Source: Eledone cirrhosa
Taxonomy: Eukaryota
Assembly (NCBI GenBank): GCA_964016885.1
Contig: OZ024756.1
Span: forward strand, 30,876,001 to 30,940,000
Direction of reading: 5' to 3'
DNA: 64,000 bases
Positions within the stretch are counted from its first letter, which is position 1, and each line of letters opens with the position of its first letter. Below are positions 15,841 through 30,720 of this stretch, in pieces. The position numbers and the translations under genes are program-made. The notes under the pieces are model-generated. The model was not told where the DNA came from and made no database searches. It was given only the letters and a program-made list of their open reading frames with translations.

Positions 15841-15965
15841 GAATGAATGAATGTGTACGTAGCAACGAGTTTTAAATGTGTTGGATGTAAACTCAATTTA
15901 AGTCTTCTTGGAAATGTTGATCACGACATCGTTTTATACACAATGTTATTAGTTAAGCAAATGTT
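15841..15965 (-). pseudogene. Decayed GIY-YIG endonuclease fragment (second PLE lineage)
   Basis: Minus strand gives CLTNNIVYK, then after a frameshift KKT*IEFTSNTFKTRCYVHIHSF, matching the VY...YIG.T..F..R...H pattern. Confidence 0.55.
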
Positions 15966-16652
15966 GGAGTGGTTAACTCAAACTGATTTCCATGTTGCGT
16001 GTTATTATTAAATTATACGGATCTCCAAGAATCATAAACAATTATAAATGAATTTAATAGATGCATTTTTGAAAAGTACATTAAATTTTGTTGATTACAT
16101 ATATTGTGTGTGAAGAGAGAATTAGATAGACAGACAGGTAGATATACATACTTATTTACATACGTACATTCATTCACACATACGTACAAACATACACACT
16201 TATATACATACATAAAAAGTTATATTCATTAAAACATTCATACATACACACATACATACATATATACATACATACAGACGTTCATACAAGCATAAATACA
16301 TACATACAAACATATGTACATATATGCATGCATACATACATACATATATATATACATGCATACATACATGCATAAATACATACATGCATAGATATATACA
16401 TGCATACATAGATACTCACACATGCATGCATACAAACATACATATATACATACATACACATATGCATGCATACATACATATATACAGACATACACACACA
16501 CGTATACACACATATACATATATACATACATACATATATACATGCATACAAACACACACATGCATGCATACATACATACATACATACATACATACATACA
16601 TACATACATACATACATACATACATACATACATACATACATACATACATACA

Positions 16653-16950
16653 TTGATGCGGAGTTTACAAATCCAGTATCCAAGATACACCTTTCCATTC
16701 ATACCCATCATTATTGGAGCTACGGGTTATATACCAACCCGCTTAGACCAAAGTATGACTGAACTTGGATTTGCGGACAAAAAGCGCAGCTCCCTAATTC
16801 ATAGTCTACAAATGGCTGCGATAGCTGGCACCTTCAAAATTTGCAAAACATTCTTGCGATTCAAGGGATGACAATTTCTTTTCTTTTACAACCTTGCCAC
16901 CAGGAAGGTGGCCGGTCAAAAAAATATACTCGAAATTAAGAGAAAGAGAT
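16653..16950 (+). mobile_element. 3' fragment of an RLE-type non-LTR retrotransposon (R4/Dong-like) in (CATA)n
   Basis: Open frame to the stop at 16871: LMRSLQIQYPRYTFPFIPIIIGATGYIPTRL...LQMAAIAGTFKICKTFL, which fits the PIVIGALG...Q.AA..GT..I end of RLE domains. It has a short 3' UTR and (CATA)n on both sides. Confidence 0.75.
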
Positions 16951-17049
16951 ATACATACATACATACATACATACATACATACATACATACATAATACATA
17001 CATACATACATACATACATACATACATACATACATACATACATACATAC

Positions 17050-17085
17050 ATGATGGCTGCCCGCTCGTTATCGAGTAAGGCCATT
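17050..17085 (-). mobile_element. Family E-related extreme 3' fragment
   Basis: atgatggctgcccgctcgttatcgagtaaggcca resembles atggtggctgccaactcgttttcgagtacggcca (3533, 37534) and again directly follows (CATA)n. Confidence 0.6.
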
Positions 17086-17129
17086 GCACGATATACCATT
17101 ATTTATAATTATTAATTAATTCTGTCGTG

Positions 17130-17305
17130 GATTGGCAGTATCGGTGGAGGGTCGGACGCTATGATTTCCAGCATAGTTACGTCCCTTTACGATCTGAGTT
17201 CAAATCCCGCTGAGGTTGACTTTGCTTTCATCCTTACGGGGTCGATAAAATAAAGTACCAGTAATGCACTGAGTAATTGCTGGCCTTGTGCCTAAAGTAG
17301 AAACA
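17130..17305 (+). mobile_element. SINE family A with 19-nt TSD
   Basis: TSD attaattaattctgtcgtg at 17111-17129 and 17306-17324. Confidence 0.9.
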
Positions 17306-17671
17306 ATTAATTAATTCTGTCGTGCAATGCCTGTGCGTGAAGATAATTTTTAAAGTGAGGAAAGACTGTGCACTGAGCAAATTCCACTCTCTGAGCGACA
17401 GTAGCTATAACCCGAAAAGATACATACATACATACATATACACATACATACATATACACATACATACAGACATACATACACCTATGCATGATTACACACA
17501 GGAAGAGCGGAAGGATATTTGGCAGATATCTCTGTGTATTCCGCCATTTTACAACAAAACTACAACCTTTTATAAAACCCAGTAGAATTCCAGTTGAACC
17601 AGTTGTCTCTCTCGTTGAATCTCAAGTTTACACTTTTCTATTCTTACAGGAAGTCACTAAGTATTACACTT

Positions 17672-17949
17672 TCTTTTCTCTCTCGCTGTCAATCTCTCTC
17701 TCTCTCTCTCTCACTCAACTTCTCACTCATTCACTCCTTCTTTTTCTCTCTCGCTGTCAATCTCTCTCTCTCACTCAATTTCTCACTAATTCACTCCTTC
17801 TTTTCTCTCTCGCTGTCAATCTCTCTCTCTCACTCAATTTCTCACTAATTCACTCCTTCTTTTCTCTCTCGCTGTCAATCTCTCTCTCACTCAACTTCTC
17901 ACTCATTCACTCCTTCTTTTCTCTCTCGCTGTCAATCTCTCTCTCTCTC

Positions 17950-18013
<64 letters not shown>

Positions 18014-18396
18014 AACTTCTCACTCATTCACTCCTTCTTTTTCTCTCTCGCTGTCAATCTCTCTCTCACTCAACTTCTCACTAATTCACTCCTTCTTTTC
18101 TCTCTCGCTGTCAATCTCTCTCTCTCACTCAATTTCTCACTAATTCACTCCTTCTTTTCTCTCTCGCTGTCAATCTCTCTCTCTCACTCAACTTCTCACT
18201 CATTCACTCCTTCTTTTCTCTCTCGCTGTCAATCTCTCTCTTTCTCTCTCTCTCACTCAACTTCTCACTCATTCACTCCTTCTTTTCTCTCTCGCTGTCA
18301 ATCTCTCTCTCTCTCACTCAACTTCTCACTCATTCACTCCTTCTTTTCTCTCTCGCTGTCAATCTCTCTCTCTCTCTCTCTCTCACTCTCTCTCTC

Positions 18397-18446
<50 letters not shown>

Positions 18447-18608
18447 AACTTCTCACTCATTCACTCCTTCTTTTTCTCTCTCGCTGTCAATCTCTCTCTC
18501 ACTCAACTTCTCACTAATTCACTCCTTCTTTTCTCTCTCGCTGTCAATCTCTCTCTCTCTCACTCAACTTCTCACTCATTCACTCCTTCTTTCTCTCTCG
18601 CTGTCAAT
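17672..18608. repeat. Pyrimidine-rich minisatellite, ~57-60 nt unit with variable (CT)n
   Basis: About 14 recurrences of ctcgctgtcaat...cactcaacttctcactcattcactccttctttt. Confidence 0.9.
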
Positions 18609-18899
18609 CACACACTTTCTCCCTCTCTCTCTTCTTTCTTTCTCTCTCTCTCTATCTCTGTCTGTCTCTTGCTCTGTTCCTCTCTGTCTATATCTCTCTC
18701 TCTATTTTTCTCTCTCTCCATCTATTTCCCCCACACTCCCTCTCCCACAACGCTCTTTCTCGCTTACTCTGTCGGTCTCTCTCTCTCTCTCCCTTTTTCT
18801 GTCGCTCTCTCTCGGTCTGCCTATTTCGTTGCCTCCGTCACTCTCTATCTCGCTCTCTCTCTCTCATACACACACTCTCTGTTACTCTCCCTCTTACTT

Positions 18900-18931
<32 letters not shown>

Positions 18932-19159
18932 TCTCTCTCTCTCTCTCTATAATATATATATATATATATATATCTTTCTCTCTATGTCACCCGCCACATC
19001 AGTCTCTTTCCCTCTATCTCCTTTTCTATATTTTCTTTCCATCACCGATCGATATTTATCTGTTTGTCAGTCACACACACAGACACACAGACACACTCGC
19101 ACACCCAAATACATATATGAATACATATGTTATATATACATATATAATATATATGTATA

Positions 19160-19214
<55 letters not shown>

Positions 19215-19316
19215 TTAAATATATATATGTATATATATGTGTATATGTATATATACACATATACATGTGTGTCTCTCTGCGTGTGTATGTATACATATAT
19301 ATATATATATTTATAC

Positions 19317-19511
<195 letters not shown>

Positions 19512-19702
19512 TGAATATATATATATATAATTATGTATATCCATATATATACATATAAATATATATGTGTATATATATATATATATATTTATTAAAATAA
19601 CAGATTTTAGTCTTCAAATTCATTATTATTACTATATATATATATATATATATAGATATATATATGTGTATATATATACATATATATATGTATATATGTA
19701 TA

Positions 19703-19734
<32 letters not shown>

Positions 19735-19738
19735 CATT

Positions 19739-19835
<97 letters not shown>

Positions 19836-20044
19836 CCCTTCATCCTGTCACCTTTCTCACCCTTTTCGTTGATTTTCTATTGTTGCACTAAGTTACCTTT
19901 TCTTATCATATTCTACCCAGCCTCAAATTTTTCAATTATTTACAACAAACATCATAGGATCTACACCATCACCTTGTTACACTTCATTAACTTCATACAA
20001 CTGTCTGCATCTACATATATATATATATACACATATATATACAC

Positions 20045-20076
<32 letters not shown>

Positions 20077-20136
20077 GTTTATATATATATATATATAAAT
20101 GTTTATATACATATATATATATATATGTATATAAAC

Positions 20137-20206
<70 letters not shown>

Positions 20207-20265
20207 GTTTATATATATATATATATATAAATGTTTATATACATATATATATATATATATATGTG

Positions 20266-20297
<32 letters not shown>

Positions 20298-21679
20298 ATT
20301 ATATATACACATATACATATATTTACACAAACCGACACTCACACACAAACATACACACACATATATACATATATGTTTATACACACATACATATATATGT
20401 ATGTGTGTGTGTGTGTATTATCCTTTTTCTCTCTCCATTCTTTCATCTCTTTACAAGTTCTCACTCCCCTCTATCATTCCACCCGCACAAACACACTTCA
20501 TTAACGTATATTCCACCCACACACTATTTCACCACTCCTTTATTTATCTCACCCTGTCCATACCTTTTTCGCCTACCCATCACATCAGTCATTCTCGTCT
20601 ATCACACACAACTCAGACATATATAACGTGTCATCATTATAGAATTATCTCTCCAGAAAAATCTATCACGCAACCAATAGATTTGCACCCAATAATTCAA
20701 ACATAAATCATTGATATAAATGAAGCCGCCTCTACGTGGTAGCGTTGCATGTTAGAAATAGCAGCTAGATAAACCTCAAATGAAAGCTAATGATTCTTTA
20801 ATAAAATCTATATGTCATACTAATTAAAATTAATACAGCATTATGCAAAACATTCGTTCAATTAGCATTGTTAGAGCGTCAGAGAGAATAACTCGTGGTG
20901 TTTATTATAACTAAGTTCAAATTAAGTTCAAATTAAGTTGCGCTCAACCTTCCATCTTATTTAGGTTCATAAAATAAAGGATAGGCTTTAAAAATAGCGC
21001 AGTTTAATAAAAAGAAATAAATGCGAAAGAGCTAAGGAAATTTACATATGTATAAGCGTATTGATTCACGGCTGACATATTTTATTATATTTGTGGTTCT
21101 GGAGACACTTTTATAAAGATGAAGATATTGTTGATCATGCGAAAACACACACAGACATACACACACAGACACACACACAGACAGACACACACACACTCAC
21201 GCACACACACACACACACACTCATACACACACACTCTGGTGCAATTTCTATTCAATTCTATGCAAATGAAACCAATAATCGTTATGCACATTAATCACTC
21301 GATAAAATAAATAAAAATAATTGACATTGAATATTTTCAAAATAAATGAGAAATACTAAGAAAGTGTTGAATTTGAAAAATACATTGGAACAACGCATAG
21401 AATCGTTTGCTTTATTCGATTCGGTCCAGGTTTCTACGATCTGAGTTCAAATCAGGCTAATTTCAAATTTGCCTGTCACCTTTTGGGTCTTACAGCCGAT
21501 TTTTCCCGTATCCATGAGTCTTTCTATCTTTCCTTTTTTTTTTTGTTTGTTCTTCCTCTCACTCTCTCTGTAAGAATTTGGTTGTATTCTGATATTGAGA
21601 GAGAATTGCCACCAGATTTAAATGATCAAGAGGCAACGTAAGGCCACGTGTTGCGCATAAGATACAGTAAGATAGATAG

Positions 21680-21710
<31 letters not shown>

Positions 21711-21726
21711 CATAGATAGATGGATG

Positions 21727-21808
<82 letters not shown>

Positions 21809-22288
21809 GAAAGTAAAATAGTAAAAGCAAAAATATGACTGATTTTCTTTTTTTTTTGCATAAAATTTTCAGGAGTGCCTCACTTGATTCGGTATTGATT
21901 ATTTTCAATTGGAACTATATCGATATGTGATCAATGTTCTTTGATCATATAATGGAGGAAACAACAATGTAATATGAAGGAACATGGTAGATCACGAAGC
22001 GAAAAGACACCATAGTGTAAAATATGTCGGCGTCGATAAACTATTTATCGACATAACAGCCAGAAATGTCAGCATGCTGCCCCATTAGACATGCCCTGAC
22101 GTGTGCGTCTGGTAATTGTTTCTTTGCTTTTCAAGTTGTATTATTGGTACATTAGAATATATGTCGTGCGTATTTCTCTATATCTGTCACACCAAATCTC
22201 TCTCCCTCGCTCTTTCTCCCCCTCTCTTTCTGCATATATATTTGTGTATATATATATATATATATATATATACACAAATATATATATA

Positions 22289-22349
<61 letters not shown>

Positions 22350-22546
22350 AGAGAGTATAAAGTGAAGTTACTGTAGGCTCACCCAGGGGAACACTCGTTG
22401 TTTAGATTCACACCAGTGGCGAGGTGCAGAAACGCGGGTAACCGATCAATTAATTCAATGAAGGGATAAAAAAATCGCCCTTGTACTATATATATATATA
22501 TATATAATATATATATATATAGAGAGAGAGAGGGGGCGAGAGAGAC

Positions 22547-22593
<47 letters not shown>

Positions 22594-22924
22594 ATAGAGG
22601 TATATCAAATTGACATTTTACATATGTCTATACCCATTCTGCATTTCCCCATGCACTGAGTACTCCCATGAGAAGTGGTCTCCTCAGAATCTATGCATAC
22701 ATACATACGTATATGCATGCATGCACACACACACACGTGCGCACATACAGGTGTATATATTTAAGTTAAATCTGCCTTCCAAACAAGCCATCCCATCCAT
22801 CTTTAAGCGTTTCATAGGGATACTCCTTTGATAATGACCTTTTAAACATATTAAAATATTTGGGGTTAAATTTGCTAAGCTAAGATTCTTTTATGTTAGC
22901 AATTTTAATTATATATATATATAT

Positions 22925-23032
<108 letters not shown>

Positions 23033-23747
23033 GAATAGAAAAGGAAAAATCAGTGATGCATCTGAACTCAATTTATTGTATGTTACAATTGTTTCGCCGG
23101 CGGACAGCTCGAGACGCGATCATTGTGTGGATCTGTCTGACGTGCATAAGTTTTATCGGCCATTTTTCTCATGTCTCGAGGGATACTTTACCCGATATTC
23201 TAAGCTTTGCTTTTAGCTATAGTTGTGACACCTCAAGGGTTATATTCTGAGTTTTGGGTTTTGAGTTTTCCCGAATTCAAATTTCAAATTTCAAATAAAA
23301 AAAATAAAAAAATAAAAAAATAATATATATATATATAAATATAAATTCACCGAGAATCGTATTTCGGCTGGTAGAAAAAGCGAAACGAAACGTAAAATCG
23401 TAGAAATGCTGGCAAGCGCTCAATAGTTATGAAAACTAGAGCTAAACAATTTGTTAAAACGCCATACAAACTGAAAAAGTGGTCAAGAAGGCATTAACCA
23501 CCTAAGCCAAAAAACAAATCAAGCTAAACAGGTCAAACAAAATAAATGATAAAAACAGACCTGGACCCAAATGGAATTGATCGTAAAATACAAATGCAGG
23601 GATTCTATGACACCTAAATCAATAATACTGTCTGCTAAAACTATAAGCTTTCAGTATAAAGATCGAACAAAGAATATCACATTATCAACAGGTATTTTGC
23701 TCTGTAACCAACTTTGTGAGTGACGCAGAACTTTGTAAAAGATATAT

Positions 23748-23845
23748 AGGAAAAAGTTTGACTCCGATGGCAGAGCTCAAGACGTTTCGACGGCTATTTC
23801 TGGACTAGTCGAAGTCAATCTTTTTCCTATTACCCACTCTACACC
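23748..23845. mobile_element. Family B fragment with internal inversion and HHR 3' half
   Basis: taggaaaaag...gatggcagagctcaagacgtttcgacggctatttctggactagtc followed by ctttttcctattacccactctac in the opposite orientation. Confidence 0.7.
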
Positions 23846-23881
23846 CCACCCCACCCACACACACACATACACACACACACG

Positions 23882-23970
<89 letters not shown>

Positions 23971-24060
23971 AGAGAAGAAAAAGGTTTTATTTTCTCAAAT
24001 CAATTCTATTCCCCATTATGGTGTATTTCAGAGGCGATAAAGACCTTAATAGCTTATATA

Positions 24061-24098
<38 letters not shown>

Positions 24099-24429
24099 AC
24101 GTGTGTGTATGTGTATGCGTATATGTATGTCTGTGTGCGTGAGTATATGTGTGTAGTAGTGCACATTTAATAGCTGGTGAGAGTTCTGTACACCAGAGGA
24201 AGGCCGATCATATAAACATAGAATAATGCAATTTATTACAATATATTAGTTCTACTTCACAGTACTAAGCAATCTGCATATTACATGAAGATATATCGAA
24301 TAATGTATTGAAAATAGATATGTATACATATTCATATATATATATACATACATACTTACATGCATAAAAAATACAGATGTAGATGAGATATATATAGAGA
24401 GATAGATAAATAGATACATAGATATATAT

Positions 24430-24515
24430 CTTTCTTTATTTGCCACATGGGCGTACGAAAATGGGACATTACAAGACGTGACGGTGGGGGTTTTACATAA
24501 ACATAACTTTAGCAT
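24430..24515 (-). mobile_element. Tx1/L1-like 3' UTR fragment in a GATA-rich tract
   Basis: tttctttatttgccacatgggcgtacgaaaatgggacattacaa resembles tttcttttatttgccactagggcatcaaaagtgggacaagtacaa at 41101. AATAAA is present on the minus strand. Confidence 0.6.
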
Positions 24516-24760
24516 TAATAAATAGCAATAAAATATAGATAGATAGATATAGATAGAATAGATAGATAGATATATAGAGAGATATATAGAGATCTATAGA
24601 TAGAGAGAAATAACTAAATCAAATCCAAAAATAATACACACAAATATACATACATATATACATACATACACACTCAGAGAGAACACAACCAGCTGGAATG
24701 TTTCAGATTTATCAACTAAGTTATCGATCATTAAAAAACAATACATATACACACACACAC

Positions 24761-24895
<135 letters not shown>

Positions 24896-24944
24896 TGTAT
24901 ATAAATGTATTTACATATATACATACTTACATATATATATATAC

Positions 24945-25011
<67 letters not shown>

Positions 25012-25045
25012 TAAATATATATATTATATATTTTATATTGTATAC

Positions 25046-25078
<33 letters not shown>

Positions 25079-25099
25079 CATATATGAATATATATTTAT

Positions 25100-25139
<40 letters not shown>

Positions 25140-25202
25140 GCTTTTTGCTACAATATTTTCTATACCTTTCATTTATATTTATATATATATACCCTTCATT
25201 TA

Positions 25203-25263
<61 letters not shown>

Positions 25264-25270
25264 CTATACA

Positions 25271-25301
<31 letters not shown>

Positions 25302-25336
25302 CTATACATATATGCAAAAGTTCTATTTAAAGTTGA

Positions 25337-25413
<77 letters not shown>

Positions 25414-25415
25414 TG

Positions 25416-25565
<150 letters not shown>

Positions 25566-25975
25566 TAAATATATATATATATATACACATATATATATAT
25601 ATATATATAATATTGAAGAAATATATAATCATTATGATGACGAAGCTTCTTTTGAAATGTAGGAAATTAACTGTTGCAAAACCTATAAAAGAAAATACAA
25701 CAGGAAAGAGTCTTGGGTTGTTACAAAGATATGATAATATCTGTATATTTTTTGTGCTTTTGATTCCTTCTGTGTGCGAATCCTATTTTCCTTTTAAATT
25801 TCCTTGTTTCAATGAAATAGCCAACATTCTATTTTTTTTTTACTATTTCATTATTGAGTTTGTGACTTTCTATTCAGTACGTACTTACATCTATTCTTCA
25901 TGACCCACATACACTTATATATATATATAGATACAAAAACACACAGAATCACAAACATACACAAGTACACACAAA

Positions 25976-26010
<35 letters not shown>

Positions 26011-26012
<2 letters not shown>

Positions 26013-26162
26013 CGAAGGAAATGTGGTAAGGAACCAGGTGGACCATAACGCACCAAAGTACTCAATACTTGAGGTAGTAGAGTGGGTAATAGGAACCAGT
26101 AAGACTAGTCCAGAATTAGCCGTCGAAACGGCTTGAGCTCAGCTGTCGGGGTCTTACTGGTT

Positions 26163-26166
<4 letters not shown>
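26011..26166. mobile_element. Family B element with inverted structure in (TA)n
   Basis: Inverted tail 26011-26105, then a sense HHR 3' half (gccgtcGAAAcggcttgagctcagctgTCgggg). Inverted repeat taggaaccagtaagac / gtcttactggttccta. Confidence 0.8.
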
Positions 26167-26220
<54 letters not shown>

Positions 26221-26323
26221 AAGGTACATATATTCATATACGGACAACGGTTCATATATATACTTATGCACACACCCACATGTACACAACGTACAAATAC
26301 ATGTATATAAATACACACACACA

Positions 26324-26406
<83 letters not shown>

Positions 26407-26885
26407 GTATGTCTGTGTATTGTAAATTATACGCTAACGGAATATGTAAGTGTGTTTGTATGTTGGTATGCATGTGTGTTTGTGTGTATGTGTGTGAGAG
26501 AGAGAGAGAGAGAGTGTAAGCAAAGTGGTATTCGATTGTAGCATATAATAGTACTGTTTTAGTTTCACGAGCCAAACACGTGATTGACCAGTTACTATGA
26601 AACATTAGAATATTTAATGCAAATGATAATCTCAAGAAATTTATGTGTAAATTATCAACATTTTGATCTTTGAGTTCTTTATTCAAGATTTCCGATAATC
26701 TAGTATATGGAAATAGAGTTAACAGAATGTTCTTTTGATGCCAAGATATTTTCTCATGGTGATCCTCTTCTACAAAACTTTATATGATTTTAATATCTCT
26801 AACATTTTAACGTGATGTCTTATGTTTATATTAGTCTATTCGTGTTTATGCATACATCCTAGTAGTTAGATGTACTTCAATATAT

Positions 26886-26984
26886 TAATTGTTTCTACTT
26901 TTGGCACAAGGCCAGCAATTACCAAATGCATTACTGGTACTTTATTCTATCGACCCCGGAAGGATGAAAGGCAAAGTCAACCTC
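26886..26984 (-). mobile_element. SINE family A, 3' half
   Basis: Reverse-complement body, flanked by caatatattaat repeats. Confidence 0.8.
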
Positions 26985-29900
26985 AATATATTAATATTAC
27001 AGTTTAATGAAATATTTTCATTTACATATTCTATTTATTGAAACACGTGTAAGACTAATACTAATATATATGTCTTCATTTTGTCTTAATCTCTCGCTAT
27101 ATATATATCAGAAAGGAAAATATCACAGCGGCAGACGTTGTAATATTAGGTTAACGCTTGATATAGCAAGGAAATATTCTTAACGTTTCGTAGTACGTCT
27201 TCCATTGGAAGGTAAAATGAGAGAGAAGAAAGAGAGCATTTGGTAGAGAGAGGAGAAGAAATAGAAAGTTAAAAGACAATAATAAAATAAAGCGAAAACC
27301 CGACAAGATTAGACAGAAAGAAACCCTGTAGTAAATAGTTAGCCTTCTCATGAGTCAGTCAATATTTTTAACGGAAAAAATTTGCTATTCAAACAGTGCA
27401 TAATAACTGTGTATAATAACAGATATAAATAACCATAGGCATGTAACTAACATTTTGGAATTTTGCTAGGCTGTCACCATGCATGTACTAATCTAATCTA
27501 TCTAATCTGGTGGAGTTTACACTCGCAAATAAGAAGAACCAGGACCGCCCCTAGGAGCATTGGATTTGGTGTACTTCACATTTGTTTCGATTGCTGAATA
27601 CAATCATGGGTCGCTGCTTCTCCTGAAGGTCAATAGTTCTCTTCTAACCCGAGAGGGAGCGCCTTTCCATTGTCAATTTGCATTGATAATCTATCTGCAA
27701 AGCCAAATTGTTCTCAGAACCACTACACCAGTCTTCCGATACATGCAGCTGTAACTACTGCCACCCATTGATTTGGCAGGATTGTTTTCTGCTTCATCTC
27801 AATATAATTCTTCTACAAATGGGAAACCTACTTGGTGAACATTTATGTTTGTTAGTTACATGTTTTCGTGGATATTTATATAATTTACATTGCTCAAATA
27901 AGATATTACTATCATTATAAGTATTTCCTGGCTTGTGAGAACCACTGAATATGCCTGCCAAACAGAAGATAACTATATTAATGTGAAAAAACCAACACAA
28001 TCTAACAATACCAAATATACAGAAAATATTTGAAAAGAAAAAAAAGCAGCCTTTCCTGGTATAAGTTTTGTTTCGTCCTTTTACAAATATCTTTGTCTTA
28101 TTTCAATATTATACGATGAATCTCAATGAAAGATATATATTTGTAATTATCTTCTCCATATAAGTAGAGAGAGTTCAAAGACATTACATTTCGCCAACTT
28201 ATATCACTTTTTATTATTCGTTTTGTTGTGTTTTTCTCTCCTAAACAAGAGGAAGCGATAACCAATTTAATGGAGTATGTAGCTGTAAATATTCTTATGA
28301 ACCGTTCAATAATTGACTTTTTATGAGCTCATTTTATCTTGGCTTGAGGTGACATTTGTCGGCCATGACTTCAAGTTTCCCGGTGTAGCAAGAATGTATT
28401 TTTCAGGTCACTTCAATTTAATACATTTCTTCCTTACAAATTGCTTTGAAAATGGCAAAAATGCATTAAAAAATAAATTAAAAACAATTAAATTAAATTA
28501 AAACAAAAGAAAAACGATGTAATTTAAAATTTAATAGTAATGTTGACGTTAAAATACTTTATGAGGCAAGCCAAGAATTCGTAATTTAATTATCAAAGTT
28601 ACCCCGGATATTTTACTGCGAAGAATTCATAATTGCAATAAGTCATTTTGATCAGGAAATGAAAGGGAGACAATATTATTAACATTATTTACATATAGAA
28701 ATCGGTTATGTTGTGTGATGAGTCTGAGCCTGGGCAGTATTGTGGTCGATATTTCTTGTTTAAAAATATCGAATCACTAATTCGAATCACTTCAAAATGT
28801 AAAACAATTGTAATTTATCACTACCATCCTACGCTCATTAAATATATTATATAATAATATCTAGCACGGACACAATACCATGAGAAAGACGTAATGCATT
28901 AGACTACCCATGTAATTGATTTATCTAATTTTATCGACACCCAGTAAAGTATAAAATAAATTCAACACCAAAGTGGTTTGAACGGAAAATGTAAAAAGCA
29001 GTAGTCTGTATTCCAAAGACGTATCATAAATATTGTTTAACCTATAAAAATGATCATATAATGAATTATGTAATCATTTTGTATGTGACTGAACTCATTA
29101 ACATAGTATTGGAATAACGATATTAGCATTTTGGGATAACTTTATTAATTAATAATATTAAATTTGTTTTCGAACTTGAAAGAGACGGTATCTCTTTGTA
29201 AGACAACTGTCTCTGAAATACGCAACATTAATTTTTTCCACGACATGCCTCTGGTATATATCGCCATGGCAGTCATTCGATTGATTGCGACATTTATCGC
29301 AATCAATAATTGTGAATTTATTAAATCAAATTTGTTGTTGCAATTCTTCCACAAAATAAAGTTCTTACTTTATGTAATATTACTTTTACAAATAGCATGT
29401 ACTACGATTTCTAGGAATGGCATTGCGTATAAGAATATTCGTGTGACCTTCTGAAATCAGAGTTTCACCTTCATATCTATATGATATACAGCTGAATTTA
29501 TCTCAAGAGATTAATATACCAATATATAAGCCAATGCCAATTTAAAAAAAAAATGCCTAAGGAAAGACAATTTATATTCCCCGGTACCAATTCTGATCCA
29601 AATGAAGAATTCTGTTTTCCTTTTCTTTATATTTTTGCTTTAAGGTTTAAGAAACATTTATTCAGCATAAAGAAGGATATGTATAGTAGACGAATGAAAC
29701 AAATTCGAATATGTTCCTGGGTTGTTTAATTTATTGACCTTCTGAGGGAAGTCAAATTGACCTAGGTCACATACGAAAATAAAAGTAACTGGAAAATTGA
29801 TTTCATAAACAACCTTTCTTTAACTCCCTTCTATACTCTGTGTTAAATGTAAAGTAATAAGGGGAAAGATGTTTTACAGAACACCATGATATAAGATAAG

Positions 29901-30014
29901 TGTATATTATGTGGTTATCTATTACAAACCATGTATGAGGATTAGACAAGTTGTTGCTTCTACTGGGTCACATATCCTACGAGAAATATCAAACAGATAT
30001 AACGAGAAGATAAC

Positions 30015-30130
30015 ATATACAATGTTACATTAGGTAATGCAATCCGCGATATACAAATAAAGACAACGTATCGTTTTCGATATACAACGTTACATTAGGT
30101 AATGCAATGCGTGATATACAAATACGGACA
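30015..30130. repeat. Local tandem duplication (~64 nt x2)
   Basis: atatacaa(t/c)gttacattaggtaatgcaat...gatatacaaata occurs twice. Confidence 0.75.
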
Positions 30131-30460
30131 AAATAGTCGATTCTAGATCAGCGCAATCAGGTCTGCTCCGGAGATCATTAATGGCAATAAAATAGTTGAT
30201 TTATATGATGTATAACCACACAGACACATATATATCCACACACATACACATACATACACATACATACACAAACGTATACTCACTAACTCGCATATACACA
30301 CACAACGAGGCAATTCAGTGATTAACTATACATGTGTTTTCCTACTGAAAAAAAAGAAATTTCCGTTTTCTTTCTTTTCTTACTCAACACTATTTTTTCC
30401 ATTCTCTCTCTCTCTCGCTCTTTCTTTCTCTCTCTCTCTCGCTCTCTCTATCTCTCGCCT

Positions 30461-30499
<39 letters not shown>

Positions 30500-30662
30500 A
30501 TGTTTGATGAAGTACTGATGTCCGGAACGTCAAGACATTTCCTAATATATCATGCGTTAAACTAATATATATCACCGTTGTATTGCACAGTTCTCCTCCC
30601 CTGATGTTCATCCTTATTGACATTCCTGATATATATATAGGTGTAAATATATATATATGTAC

Positions 30663-30720
<58 letters not shown>

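Noticed and set aside
17672-18608. CRISPR-like array
   Set aside because: There are no unique spacers and no cas genes; it is a eukaryotic minisatellite.
27700-28000. Possible EnSpm/CACTA transposase remnant (AGIFSGSHKP...SSYSC on minus)
   Set aside because: The similarity is limited to short motifs across broken frames and cannot be supported without a profile search.
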